Of a stretch of 64,000 bases of DNA, positions 1 to 11,570 are shown piece by piece. Made by a program: the position numbers and the translations under genes. A model generated the notes under the pieces. It saw only the letters and a list, made by a program, of their open reading frames with translations, was not told the origin of the DNA and made no database searches. Source of the DNA: Octopus bimaculoides (lineage: Eukaryota); contig NC_068981.1 of the NCBI RefSeq assembly GCF_001194135.2, forward strand, positions 194,385,784 to 194,449,783, in the 5' to 3' direction. Every line of letters starts with the position of its first letter. Positions within the stretch are counted from its first letter, which is position 1.

Positions 1-218
1 AGTATCGCCTGACTGGCCTTCGTGCAGGTGACACGTAAAAGCACCTACTACACTCTCTGAGTGGTTGGCATTAGGAAGGGCATCCAGCTGTAGAAACTCT
101 GCCAAATTTAGATTGGAGCCTGGTGTTGCCATCCGGTTTCACCAGTCCTCAGTCAAGTTGTCCAACCCATGCTAGCATGGAAAGCGGATGTTAAACGATG
201 ATGATGATGATGATGATG
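1..218 (+). mobile_element. RTE LINE 3' UTR/3' end with (GAT)n tail
   Basis: Same sequence as the 3' end attached to RT-coding RTE fragments (see 39650-40490); ends ...gaaagcggatgttaaac followed by (gat)n. Confidence 0.8.
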
Positions 219-269
219 TCACTGGTTGGGAGTTTATTGATGTTAGCCACATATTCTTTTCTACTCTAG

Positions 270-1256
270 GCACAAAGCACAGGGGCCAGGAGGATGGCAA
301 CGGCCACAATCGGTCGGTGTTTTTTTATGTGCCACTGGTATGGGTATCACAACTACAATTTCCATTTGATTTTCATTTTGATGTTGATATACTTGACTCA
401 ATAGATTTCCTCAAGCACAGCAGGTCACCCTATGATCCAAGGTACTTTTGAATGGGCTGGGGCTGGTTATGCGAAACTGGTGTAGGATACAGCTGTGAAC
501 TCACTTTATTTGCTGGGTCTTCGCAGTCACAGCATATCTCCAGAGGTCTCAGTCTTTCGTCATTGTCTCTGTGAGGCCTAACGTTCAAAGGTCATGTTTG
601 ACCACCTCATCCCATGTCTTCCTGGGTCTACTTCTACCCCAGATTCCTTCAACTCTTTGGGAGTGGCACTTCTTCACACATCTCTCCTCATCTATCCGTA
701 GTACATGACCATACTAGCACAAATGTCTCTCTTGCACGCCACATTCGATGCTTCTTATGTCCAATTTTTCTCTCAGGGCACTTACACTCTGTTGTGTGTG
801 CACACTGACATTACACATCCAGCAGATCATGCTAGCTTCATTTCTTTCGAGCCTGTGCATGTCTTCTGCAGTCACAGCCCATGTTTCACTGCCATGTAGC
901 ATGGCAGTTCGCACACATGCATCATACAATCTACCTTTCACTCTGAGGATAGAAGCTGTCTGAACTTTGCCCAGGATATTCTTATTCTAGTGGTAACACT
1001 CTCTGAGCATCCACCCTCACTACAGACTTGGTCACCTAGGTAGTGGAAGCTATCAACTACTTCTAGTTTCTCCCCCTGGCATGTGATGGAGTCTGTTTTC
1101 TGAGCATCTGTGGTGTTTATTGCACCTGTGCATCTGCTGCATACGAAAGCTATCTTCTCGGTTAATCTTCCTTTGATGTTGCTGCACCTCTCATGTGTCC
1201 ATACCTTACACTTATATCATATCTTGACAGGGAGTTGTCTTGGTTCCCTGTCAAAG
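270..1256 (-). mobile_element. Degenerate RTE-clade LINE fragment (RT C-terminal region plus start of 3' UTR)
   Basis: ORF 714-941(-) KGRLYDACVRTAMLHGSETWAVTAEDMHRLERNEASMICWMC matches the RTE-type motif LYGSETW...L...E...LR; stops and frameshifts nearby. Confidence 0.9.
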
Positions 1257-1351
1257 GTCCCTCATATTAAATAAAGCGTATGCAAGTCAGTAGCCCCTGT
1301 TGCGTATATAAACAGATTGGTTCCTTGTTCTACTATGATTGATCAAGTGAT

Positions 1352-1399
1352 ATAGACACACATCTGATGAGACCCAAATATGGGCTGAAAATCAATTAA
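1352..1399 (+). ncRNA. Degenerate minimal type I hammerhead motif, split at its cleavage site by a MITE (3' stem I strand at about 2499-2507)
   Basis: ctgatga (1364-1370), stem II gaccc-aaatat-gggct, gaaa, aatcaatt (a palindrome aatcgatt with CpG decay), then TTAA; aggctgtc resumes after the insertion. Confidence 0.6.
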
Positions 1400-2499
1400 T
1401 CCTTTAGCATTCAGATCAATTCTTCTTTTAAATGTAAGGCTCAGTTATTTACACAGTCTTTGAATTAATCAAGAATTATCTTGTAGCTTCAATATTTCAA
1501 TATGATTGTATATTTTTACAATGATGTTATAGGGTAGGCGTGAAAAGCCAGATCAGTTTGGACACAAAACAAGTAGAATATTTTAACAGGATACAGCCAG
1601 TTTATGATCAATAAGTATCCGGACTGTTGCCATAGTAATGAAGCTAAAGCATGCAGAGTGAAGCCAGTTGACAAAGATTGACCTTGAACTCTGCTGTGCA
1701 TGCACACTAAGTTTTAACGTTCTGGCCCACTTCCACTGTTTACAGCAATGCTTGGAAGGAAGGTGTGTAGCATGTGATTGCCATATTGACCATGACAGAG
1801 AAAGTTGTCATGGCGATACCTGCTCAGAGACCTATGACAAAATGCAGAAAGTGTATGGAAAGGAGAGTATGAGCTGCACAGAAGTGTATGAGTGGTTTAC
1901 GTGTTTCCAAGATGGCTACAAATGTGTCGATATTGACAAACATTCTAAGAGACCCACAACCAGCAGAACTGAGAAAAACATCACAGATGTGTGTATGCAG
2001 CTGTGAGGGGAAATTGTCAAATCACCATCCATGAGTTATCAGAGGATGTGCAGATTAGTTATGGTTCAGTTCAGTCCATTATCATTGAAGATTTGGGTAC
2101 GAGACACGTGTCTGCCAAGGTTGTGCCAAAACTGCTTTCAGCTGACCAAAAGGACATCCAGGTTTTAATTGCACAATATCTGCTTGATTGCGTTGAGAAT
2201 GATGAAAACTTTTTGAATACCTCTGAGCAGGTATTGCCAAGCTTTTGGTGAAATTTGATGCAGATTTTCTGCTCAACTTTCTGACATAGTCAATATGATG
2301 ATCATACGCTACACACATTCCTTCCAAGCACTGCTGTAAACAGAGGAAGTGAGCTAGAACATTAAAGCTTAGTGGTCATGGACAGCAGAGTTCAAGGCCA
2401 ATCTGTGCCAAGTGGCTTCACTCTGCATACTTTAATTTCATTACTATGGTAACAGTTTGGATACTTATTGATCAGACCATGTATATGCTAACGGGTAAA
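1396..2499. mobile_element. piggyBac-like MITE (TTAA...TTAA family) interrupted by a mariner element
   Basis: Starts ttaa-tcctttagcattcag; ends atgctaacggg-taaa; homologous to the intact copy at 2977-3195. Confidence 0.7.
1605..2483 (+). mobile_element. Mariner (Tc1/mariner) deletion derivative with long inverted arms; transposase N-terminal HTH remnant
   Basis: Arms 1605-1829 and 2221-2474 are reverse complements; internal frames give ETYDKMQKVYGKESMSCTEVYEWFTCFQDG and ITIHELSEDVQISYGSVQSIIIEDLGTRHVSAKVVPKLL (mariner HTH and WVP-like linker); ends in TA. Confidence 0.9.
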
Positions 2500-2976
2500 G
2501 GCTGTCCACAATTTTTTCAGTCCAAGAAAATTTGACATTTTTCTATATCTGCTGCATAGATTTACATACAACAGACATATTTGGGACTGACCCAGGGCTA
2601 AACAACAGCCAATTAAAGCACTTTGATCCTTACACTCAGGTGAAAAAACGACAATGTTATTATCTGAGTAGAAAAAACAAATTAACAAAAGATATTTGTT
2701 ATTTAAAACATTTTCAATTAATTCCTCCTGTTTATCCAAGACTGAAAGTTGAATTTCTGGTTTTGATGCAAGCATCTTTTTTTTTTTTTTTTTACTTTTG
2801 TTATTGCTGTATGTGTCAATCTATTTCCTTTTAACTGATTGTTAACATGATTGCACAGCACATACACAAATTTTCTATAACTAAACATATATATATATAT
2901 ATACTGATTATATATATATATATTCTGGAGTCTCTAAACTGCTGGGAATGTCTGTGTTTAGCTACACTCACACAAT

Positions 2977-3195
2977 TTAACCCTTTACTATTCAAATTAT
3001 TTTGTCCAATAAAATGATTATTTGTTTGTTTATTCACATTGTTTTGATCCGAGCTTCGAGATTTTGATGACATGATTGTTTACGTCTAGAATGACATTAT
3101 AGGGTAGGTACGAAAGGCTGGATCAGGCCAGATTGAACTTAAAACATGTAGAATATTTGGGCTAGACCTGGCTGGCTAAAATGCTAAGGGGTTAA
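2977..3195. mobile_element. piggyBac-like MITE
   Basis: ttaa-ccctttac...gctaagggg-ttaa termini; related copies near 9497, 12160 and 63307. Confidence 0.7.
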
Positions 3196-3416
3196 ACCAT
3201 CAAAAGTGAACACTTGTTATTTTGCTCTTCTCCAACAGTCCACAATATTACAAAAGATGTCAACCCATCCAGGTTTTCAGATTGTTTTAGTTAACCATCA
3301 TCATCGTCATCCTTATCATTTAATGCTGAGATGTGTTGGATGGGTTGACAAGATCCTCAGAAATGGATGGTTGCATTGAGCTTCAGTGTATGCCTTGGCA
3401 TGGTAGTGAAGGTGTG

Positions 3417-3720
3417 TGACTCAGTGGTCAGCGTTTTCAGCTCACAATCCTAAGGCTGTGAGTTCAATTTCCAGCAGCATGTTGTGACCTTGAGCAAGAC
3501 ACTTTATTTCACATTGCTCCAGTCCACTCAGCTGGCAAAAATGAGTAGTACCAGCATTTCAAAGGGGCCAGCTTTGTCACATTCTGTGTCAAGCTGAATC
3601 TCCCTGAGAACTACATTGACGTTACGCGTGTCTGTGGAATACTCACCCACTTGCACATTAATTTCACAAGTAGGCTGTTCCTTTGGTTGGATCAATGGGA
3701 ACCCTTGTCACTGTGACCGA
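3417..3720 (+). mobile_element. tRNA-derived SINE family C (CORE-like centre)
   Basis: A/B-box-like head, ccttgagcaagacact core; copies at about 8120-8425(-), 21400-21520(-) and 37115-37380(+). Confidence 0.7.
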
Positions 3721-4029
3721 CAGAATGCCAGTTGTTTGGCAATGGTTTCTACAGCTGGATGCCCTTCCTGCAGCAAGACCCCTATTCTTATCCTTCTTTT
3801 GCTTCTCAACACAACCAACAAAACTACCCCATTTGGTACTGCACCCCTACTCAATCAAGGAGACTTGAGTGTGATTTCAAACGGGTCCAAATGACCTTGT
3901 AGATGCTTGCTTCCTTGTTTGATGAGCTGTACTTATATATGGTACTTATTAGCAGCTAGATAGACTGAGCCAGCAAGAAACAGATTCCTTGGTCATGGCT
4001 ATAGTAGAGTAAGAATGTTAAATTAGAAC

Positions 4030-4470
4030 TGTGTCGCTGGCACGCCCGTGCCAGTGGAATGGAAAAAGCACCATTTGAGTGTGATTGTTGCCAGTACCGC
4101 CTGACTGGCTCCCGTGCCAATGACACATAAAAAGCACCATTCAAGCATGGCTGATGTCAGTACCACCTGACTGGCCCTCGTGCTGGTGGCATGTTAAAAG
4201 CACCATTCGAGTGTGGTTGATACCGGTGTCACCTGACTGGTCCTCGTGCTGGTGGCACATAAAAAGCACCATTTGAGCGTGGTTGATGCCAGTGCCACCT
4301 GACAGGCCCTCATACTGGTGGCACGTAAAAAGCACCCACTACACTCTCAGAGTGGTTGGTGTTAGAAAGGGCATCCAGCTGTAGAAACATTGCCAGATTG
4401 GATTGGAGCCTGGTGTCCAACCCATGTTAGCATGGAAAATGGATGTTAAACAACGACGATGATGATGATG
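4030..4470 (+). mobile_element. RTE 3' UTR with several tandem ~61-bp subrepeats and (GAT)n tail
   Basis: Recurrent unit ...cctgactggccctcgtgctggtggcac.taaaaagcaccatt.gagcgtggttgat...; then the conserved RTE 3' end. Confidence 0.8.
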
Positions 4471-5780
4471 ACCTTTCAATCAATAGATGGATCAAGTGTT
4501 TCTAAGTGTATTGTGACATAGGGTCAGAAGACAACTGTGACAACTACAACAACAATTATAGTGACTGTGATAGGCATGCTGACATTTCAGAATCAGACAC
4601 CATTACACATTTATGCATACAGATTCCATTGTGAAATAAGGGTGTCTGTGTGGGTAACAGAAACAATTGTGCTCCACAGAGACAGGAACAATATTTGACT
4701 GTAGGTTATAATTAGGCCTTTATAGAGGATCAGAAACAGATCAAATCTGAAGAGAAAAGATTTTGGATGTGAGTTAAGGACATGTGTGCAGCAGTAACAG
4801 CAGCACAGCCACAGTCATGTAAGACCCAAAAGTGGGTCTAGCATGGCTATGTGTGTGTGTGTATCAGTCTAGATATGTGAGCCACCCAGAAAATTTGGGT
4901 CAAGGACATCTGTGTGTCTGTGTGTAGCAGTAGCAGTAGTACATTCAGAATGACTGTAATGTGGGTCTAGGGTGTGTGAATACAGGAGCAGCCTTGTCCT
5001 AAAAGAGTCAACAGTTTTCCAGTGAATGTCATATGTGAGCTTTCTAACTGTTTTCCTATATATTGATAAATATATACACAGCATGGAGAACAAACACATT
5101 TACAGGTTTATGTATATATATATATATATATCGTTGCTATTATGCAAAACCGTTGTAAGTCCAAAACATTGCTTTTTCAAAGAATGAAAAAATAGTTTCA
5201 CCATTCCATAGCAATTTTTGACAATTTTTGATATCTTGGCATCTGAAGTAGCTGAAGATAAAATAGTTTGGCCAAAAGAACTGGCTATTGCAAGCAAAAA
5301 TAAATATTAAAAAAAAAACTACATTTGGCCAAATTTGGACATACGACAGTTTAGCATAATAGCAACGACATATATATATAGTTTACTGTAAGATCAATTT
5401 AAAAAAACCCACTTCATCCAGTAATGGATGAATATCATTTAATGCAAACAGTATAAGATTAAGAGCTGTTAATAGTTTCTTGCCATAGAGACACGGTGGT
5501 TAGGCAGTGAAAAAGTCTTTAACATTTCGATACACACACACACATATATGCATGTATATATCTATGGGTGCATGTCTGTATATGTGTTGTTCCCCCAACA
5601 CTGCTTGACAACCGGTGTTGGTGTGTGTTTACATTTCTGTAACTTAGTGGTTTGGCAAAAGGTATTGACGGAATAAATTCCAGGTTTTAAGAAAATAAGT
5701 ACTGGGGTAAATTCTTCTAAGTGGTGCCCCAGCATAGCCCAAAAGATATATATTTAAACACACACACACGTGTGTGTGCG

Positions 5781-5811
<31 letters not shown>

Positions 5812-8489
5812 ATACAAAAAATATATATGGATGTATACACACATATATGTATATACTTTCATCTACATGTGTATATAGATGCATATCAAGGTACAGGACG
5901 TTAGAACAATGAACTACAGACAACGGAACGAACACATCGGAAAACAGAAAGCCACTTGGAATTATTCATCAGCTGCCTCTATTCTAACTTGACGTTTCGA
6001 AGATATATATATATATATAATACATATAAGAGGGATGACCACTAAGTGGACGTCCATTATGCTAGAAGACCACCTATGGTCTGACCACTATTGCTNNNNN
6101 NNNNNNNNNNNNNNNNNNNNNNNNNNNNNNNNNNNNNNNNNNNNNNNNNNNNNNNNNNNNNNNNNNNNNNNNNNNNNNNNNNNNNNNNNNNNNNNNNNNN
6201 NNNNNNNNNNNNNNNNNNNNNNNNNNNNNNNNNNNNNNNNNNNNNNNNNNNNNNNNNNNNNNNNNNNNNNNNNNNNNNNNNNNNNNNNNNNNNNNNNNNN
6301 NNNNNNNNNNNNNNNNNNNNNNNNNNNNNNNNNNNNNNNNNNNNNNNNNNNNNNNNNNNNNNNNNNNNNNNNNNNNNNNNNNNNNNNNNNNNNNNNNNNN
6401 NNNNNNNNNNNNNNNNNNNNNNNNNNNNNNNNNNNNNNNNNNNNNNNNNNNNNNNNNNNNNNNNNNNNNNNNNNNNNNNNNNNNNNNNNNNNNNNNNNNN
6501 NNNNNNNNNNNNNNNNNNNNNNNNNNNNNNNNNNNNNNNNNNNNNNNNNNNNNNNNNNNNNNNNNNNNNNNNNNNNNNNNNNNNNNNNNNNNNNNNNNNN
6601 NNNNNNNNNNNNNNNNNNNNNNNNNNNNNNNNNNNNNNNNNNNNNNNNNNNNNNNNNNNNNNNNNNNNNNNNNNNNNNNNNNNNNNNNNNNNNNNNNNNN
6701 NNNNNNNNNNNNNNNNNNNNNNNNNNNNNNNNNNNNNNNNNNNNNNNNNNNNNNNNNNNNNNNNNNNNNNNNNNNNNNNNNNNNNNNNNNNNNNNNNNNN
6801 NNNNNNNNNNNNNNNNNNNNNNNNNNNNNNNNNNNNNNNNNNNNNNNNNNNNNNNNNNNNNNNNNNNNNNNNNNNNNNNNNNNNNNNNNNNNNNNNNNNN
6901 NNNNNNNNNNNNNNNNNNNNNNNNNNNNNNNNNNNNNNNNNNNNNNNNNNNNNNNNNNNNNNNNNNNCCATGCTGGCATGGGTTGGACGGCTTGACTGGA
7001 GACTGGCGAACCAGATGGCTGCACCAGGCTCCAATCTGATCTGGCAATGTTTCTACAGCTGGATGCCCTTCCTAATGTCAACCAGTCTGAGAGTGTAGTG
7101 GGTGCTTTATACGTGCCACCGGTATGGAAGCCAGTCGAAGCGGCACTGGCATCGGCCATGTTCGGATGGTGCTTTTTATGTGCTACCGGCAAATTAGCAT
7201 AGAATAATGGTTTCATATCTTTTTATAATTAAGATCTAAACTGTTGATATATGAATGTGAAAGAGATAGTCGAATAACTGTAAACCTACTTTTGGGCCAC
7301 CCTGTACATCCATATATATACATACACACACACACTTATACACATACATAAGTGTAAGCATGATTATGAAAATATATTTACACACAATTTCACGCCCATA
7401 ACTGTAAGCACACACGTTATGTACGGACACATATTTATACACACACACATTTATATGTGTCCACTTATTTACATACATGTATTTAAATAGGCACACACAC
7501 AAAGACATACACACGGTTACATATTCCTACACTCGTTATAAAACTTAATTACTCTTTAAATCATTAACGTTGTTATATTCTACTCAACAAATTATACAAA
7601 CAAGCAAGGTTAGGAGGTGAAGTAAAACTATTCAAATATCCTGTTTATGTAATCATAGCTTATAAAATGATTATCAAATCAGTAGCAGACAAGTGGACAC
7701 CTGAAGATAAAACAACCCTAACCACACCTCTTTTCTCTACCTGTGCCATTTAAAAATGGAGGAGGTAACGAGGAGAAGTAGTTGAACATAAGAGTACAAG
7801 AGCGATTTATGATAAGGTAAAAAAAAACAGTAAGTGGCAGTATGGAGGAGGAGGGGAGAGGAGTGGGAAGAGGAGTGGGAGGCTGTATGGTGAAGGTCAG
7901 GTGACATCTGGTTGGCTTCTCCAGATTTCACAAGTCTGGCATAGGACATCACTAGCTTAACATAATATTATGAGAGAGGTGGGGGATGGGGGTGGAAAGA
8001 GAAAGAGAAAGACAGAAACAGAGAGAGTCGTTGATATTGACTCAGAAGACTTAAGTGTTTAATTAACAATAAAAATCTTGACCTTCACCCCCCCTCCCAA
8101 TTAAAACGAAACAAATAAAAACTGGTGCTCTGTTGGTTACAACGATGAGTGTCCCCAATCGATGGAACAACCTGCTCGTGAAATTAACGTGCAAGTGGTT
8201 GAGTACTCCACAGACATGCATACCCTTAATGTAGTAGTTCTCAGGGAGATTCAGCATGACACAGAATGTGACAATGCTGGCCCCTTTGAATTACAGATAC
8301 AACTCATTTTTGCCAGCTGAGTGGACTGCAGCAATGTGAAATAAAAACACAATGCACTGCTGGGAATTGAACTCACAACTTTATGATCATAAGCTGAATA
8401 CCCTAACCACTATGCTACATGCCTTCACCATCCATTATCACACTCACCTCCAATATTTCAAAAGTAAGAGAGACAAAAATCATTGAAAA

Positions 8490-9000
8490 CAATCTTCTCC
8501 AACACTTGTGATATATCTTCCACCCTAATGTCCACCCAATATGGCTTTCATAAACACAGATCTGGGGACCTACTCTCTTATGTCACTGACCTCTGGGTTC
8601 ACACCCTTAAGAAATTTGTAAAAACAATACAGTTGCTTTGATAGCAAGAAATGTCAAACCCTGTCTGGCATCCAATCTCCAGTCGATAAAACATCTTATC
8701 TATGGACTCCATTTATCTCATGCCTCTTACTTAGATTAGAGACTTGTCACATCACATCAATTGTTAATGAAGCCCTCTCTGAAACTACACATAATAAACC
8801 CTGGTGTGCCCTAGGGTTTGGGGCTTGTCCCTTGCACTCTTTCTCCTATATACATCAATGACCAACTTGCTGCTGCCACTGCCACCAAGTAGGTGACACC
8901 ACCCTCTATTTCTCTCTGATCTTCCCCACACAACCTAGACATCTCGCACCATAATAGTGTGAGCAATCCCTTGAACAGATATGTTGGAAACATCCTCCAA
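8490..9000 (+). mobile_element. Degenerate CR1/L2-type LINE reverse transcriptase fragment
   Basis: Translates to QYGFHKHRSGDLLSYVT, GVP*G...LFLLYIND and a degenerate YADD-like K*VTPP/DTTL region. Confidence 0.75.
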
Positions 9001-9749
9001 TGGAATTATGTCAGTTTGTCTCTTAACAGCAAAAAGACACAACCACAGCACATATTATATTGGATATAGATGGAATATTTAATCATCATCATCATCATCA
9101 TTTAATGTCCGCTTTCCATGCTAGCATGGGTTGGATGATTTGACTGAGGACTGGTGAACTGGATGGCTACGCCAGGCTCCAATCTGATCTGGCAGAGTTT
9201 CTACAGCTGGATGCCCTTCCTAATGCCAACCACTCCGAGAGTGTACTGGGTGCTTTTTACATGCCACCGGCATGAGGGCCAGTCCGGCGGTACTGGCAAT
9301 GGCCACGCTCAAATGGTGTTTTTTACGTGCCACCTGTGAAATGTATGTTTGGTAACAACATAGTCAACCAAACCCATACACATAGACATGCTCAAACATG
9401 CCCACACAAGGAGACAGAGGCACACACACACAAGTGATCATAAGCATTAAAGGTGCTGAGTTATCAGTGAAATGAGTTTGAAAGAGTATGGGTTATTTAA
9501 CCCTTTAGCATTTTAAACTGGCCATATCCGGCTGAGATGTTCTGCCTCTTTTATGTTCAAACTGGCCAAGTCTGGCTACTCACACCTATCATACAATGTC
9601 ATTCCAAAAACTTTATAGTCACCTCATCAAAATCTCAAAGTTATGATATGATGCATGGCTAATTCAAAATAATGGAAATAAATAAGCAATTCAATTGACA
9701 GAACAATGTAAACGCAGGAGGCAAAAACTCAATAATTTTCAACCAAATA

Positions 9750-9940
9750 TTCTTTTCTATTCTAAGAACAAGGCCTGATTAGATCGACCCCAGTACACAA
9801 CTGGTACTGAATTTATCGACCCCGAAAGAACGAAAAGCAAAGTCAACCTCGGCGGAAGTTGAACTCAGAACGTAAAGACAGACGAAATACTGCTAAGCAT
9901 TTTGCCCAGTGTGCTAACGGTTCTGCCGGCTCACCGCCTT
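9750..9940 (-). mobile_element. tRNA-derived SINE family A (Deu/Nin-like central domain)
   Basis: Reverse complement of aaggcggtgagc.ggcagaa...gagttcaa...gactttgc.tttc.tcctttcggggtcgataaa; further copy at 10635-10845. Confidence 0.8.
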
Positions 9941-11184
9941 CATTTCTAGCCAAATATTGATGAAAAATCTAATATTCACCAAACAATATTTCCCATTAAG
10001 TTTTCCAAATATATCAATTATAACAGGACAGAATTTCAATTGTTCTTCATTGATTTCGTTAAGCATTTTCATTAAATCTCTTGAAATATTTCTCTTAAAA
10101 AATGGTAATAGCACAAAAGAATAAAAGGAGNNNNNNNNNNNNNNNNNNNNNNNNNNNNNNNNNNNNNNNNNNNNNNNNNNNNNNNNNNNNNNNNNNNNNN
10201 NNNNNNNNNNNNNNNNNNNNNNNNNNNNNNNNNNNNNNNNNNNNNNNNNNNNNNNNNNNNNNNNNNNNNNNNNNNNNNNNNNNNNNNNNNNNNNNNNNNN
10301 NNNNNNNNNNNNNNNNNNNNNNNNNNNNNNNNNNCTTCATATGTGAATTATTTTGGAAATTATGATAAATCTTTCGAAAAGTCCCAAATGGGGATCACTG
10401 AAAAAGATGGCATATTTATTTTTTTCTATTCAATTTCAATAATAAACATTTTAGTTTTTTTGAAACTATAATATCAAATGAGAATGTGTATGAAATATCA
10501 ATGAATGATATAAATGGGAAATGTAAAAACAAACAAAAAAAAAACGTTTTCAAAACCGTTAATATTTTTGTAGTTCAAAAATTGTGATTTATGACATAAA
10601 ACGTCCTCTAAGATTAGCCAGAGCTAATAATAATTTCTAGTATAGGCACAAGGCTTGACATTTGGAGGAGGGGACTAGTTGATTACATTGACCCCAGTGT
10701 TTCACTGGTACTTAATTTATCGACCCCGAAAGGGATGAAAGGCAAAGTCGACCTCACCGGAATTTGAACTCAGAACGTAGCGACAGATGAAATACAGCAA
10801 GCATTTCGTCCAGTGTGCTAACAACTCTGCCAGCTCCCTTCATTACCTAGAGCTGATAATGGCAAACTTTAATTACTAAATATCGTTAAACACACCTCTG
10901 TAAATACAATGTACGTAAGTAATTCACTTTAAATACAATGAACAAACGGCAGTGAGACTGTTTTTAGCAGATCCCCAAATGGGGTCCATGGCAGGCAATG
11001 GGTTAATAAATCTACACGATGCAGGTCAATAAAATATCAATGATTCCTTGAAGTGGTCAATGACATAAGAAGTTTGCCGACCCCTGGTCTAGAATAACAT
11101 TTGTAAAACATTAAATATGCCAGACATTAATCAGCAATCTTATCTTTAATGAAAACAAAGTACAAAAGTTCTTTCTACATAGTT

Positions 11185-11570
11185 GCAGGCATGGCTGATT
11201 GGTAAAAAGTGTGCTTCCCAACAATATGGTTCTGGGTTCAGTCCCAATGCAAAGCACTTGGGGCAAGTGTCTTCTACTATAGCTTTGAGCCAACCAAAGC
11301 CTTGGGACCAGATCTGGTAGACAGAAACTGAAAGAAGTCTGTTGTATGTGTGTGTGTGTGTGTGTGTTTGTTTGTCCCCTCCACCACCACTTGAGAACTG
11401 GTGTCAGTATGTTTATGTCCCCATAGCTTAGCAGTTCAGCAAAAAGAGACCAATAGAATAGGAATCGAGTTTTAAAAAATAAGAACCTGGGTTAACTCAT
11501 TCAGCTAAAATTCTTCAAAGCAGTGCCCCAGCATGGCCGCAGTCTAATGGCTGAAACAAATAAATCGCAG
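11185..11570 (+). mobile_element. tRNA-derived CORE-type SINE family B with internal (TG)n
   Basis: Head ggctg..tggtaa...gggttcagtccca, core ccttgggcaagtgtcttctactatag, microsatellite, then tail ...ccagcatggccgcagtc.aatgactgaaacaa. Confidence 0.8.

Noticed and set aside
1330-1397. Type III hammerhead reading of the 1364 motif
   Set aside because: Needs an unexplained extra A; the type I reading with a palindromic stem III and a split stem I fits both family copies better
2570-2690. Candidate small exons on either strand (similar cases at 12867-12919, 25698-25789 and 35840-36060)
   Set aside because: Plausible AG/GT pairs occur on both strands and no peptide is recognisable; cannot be told from chance
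6035-7216. Long ORFs spanning N runs (also 19539-20487, 53030-53749, 58029-58733, 60872-61671)
   Set aside because: Open only because of assembly gaps and dinucleotide repeats
9914-10114. Possible minus-strand exon RNISRDLMKMLNEINEEQLKFCPVIIDIFGKLNGKYCL
   Set aside because: AT-rich, no recognised homology, and runs into a SINE; needs RNA evidence
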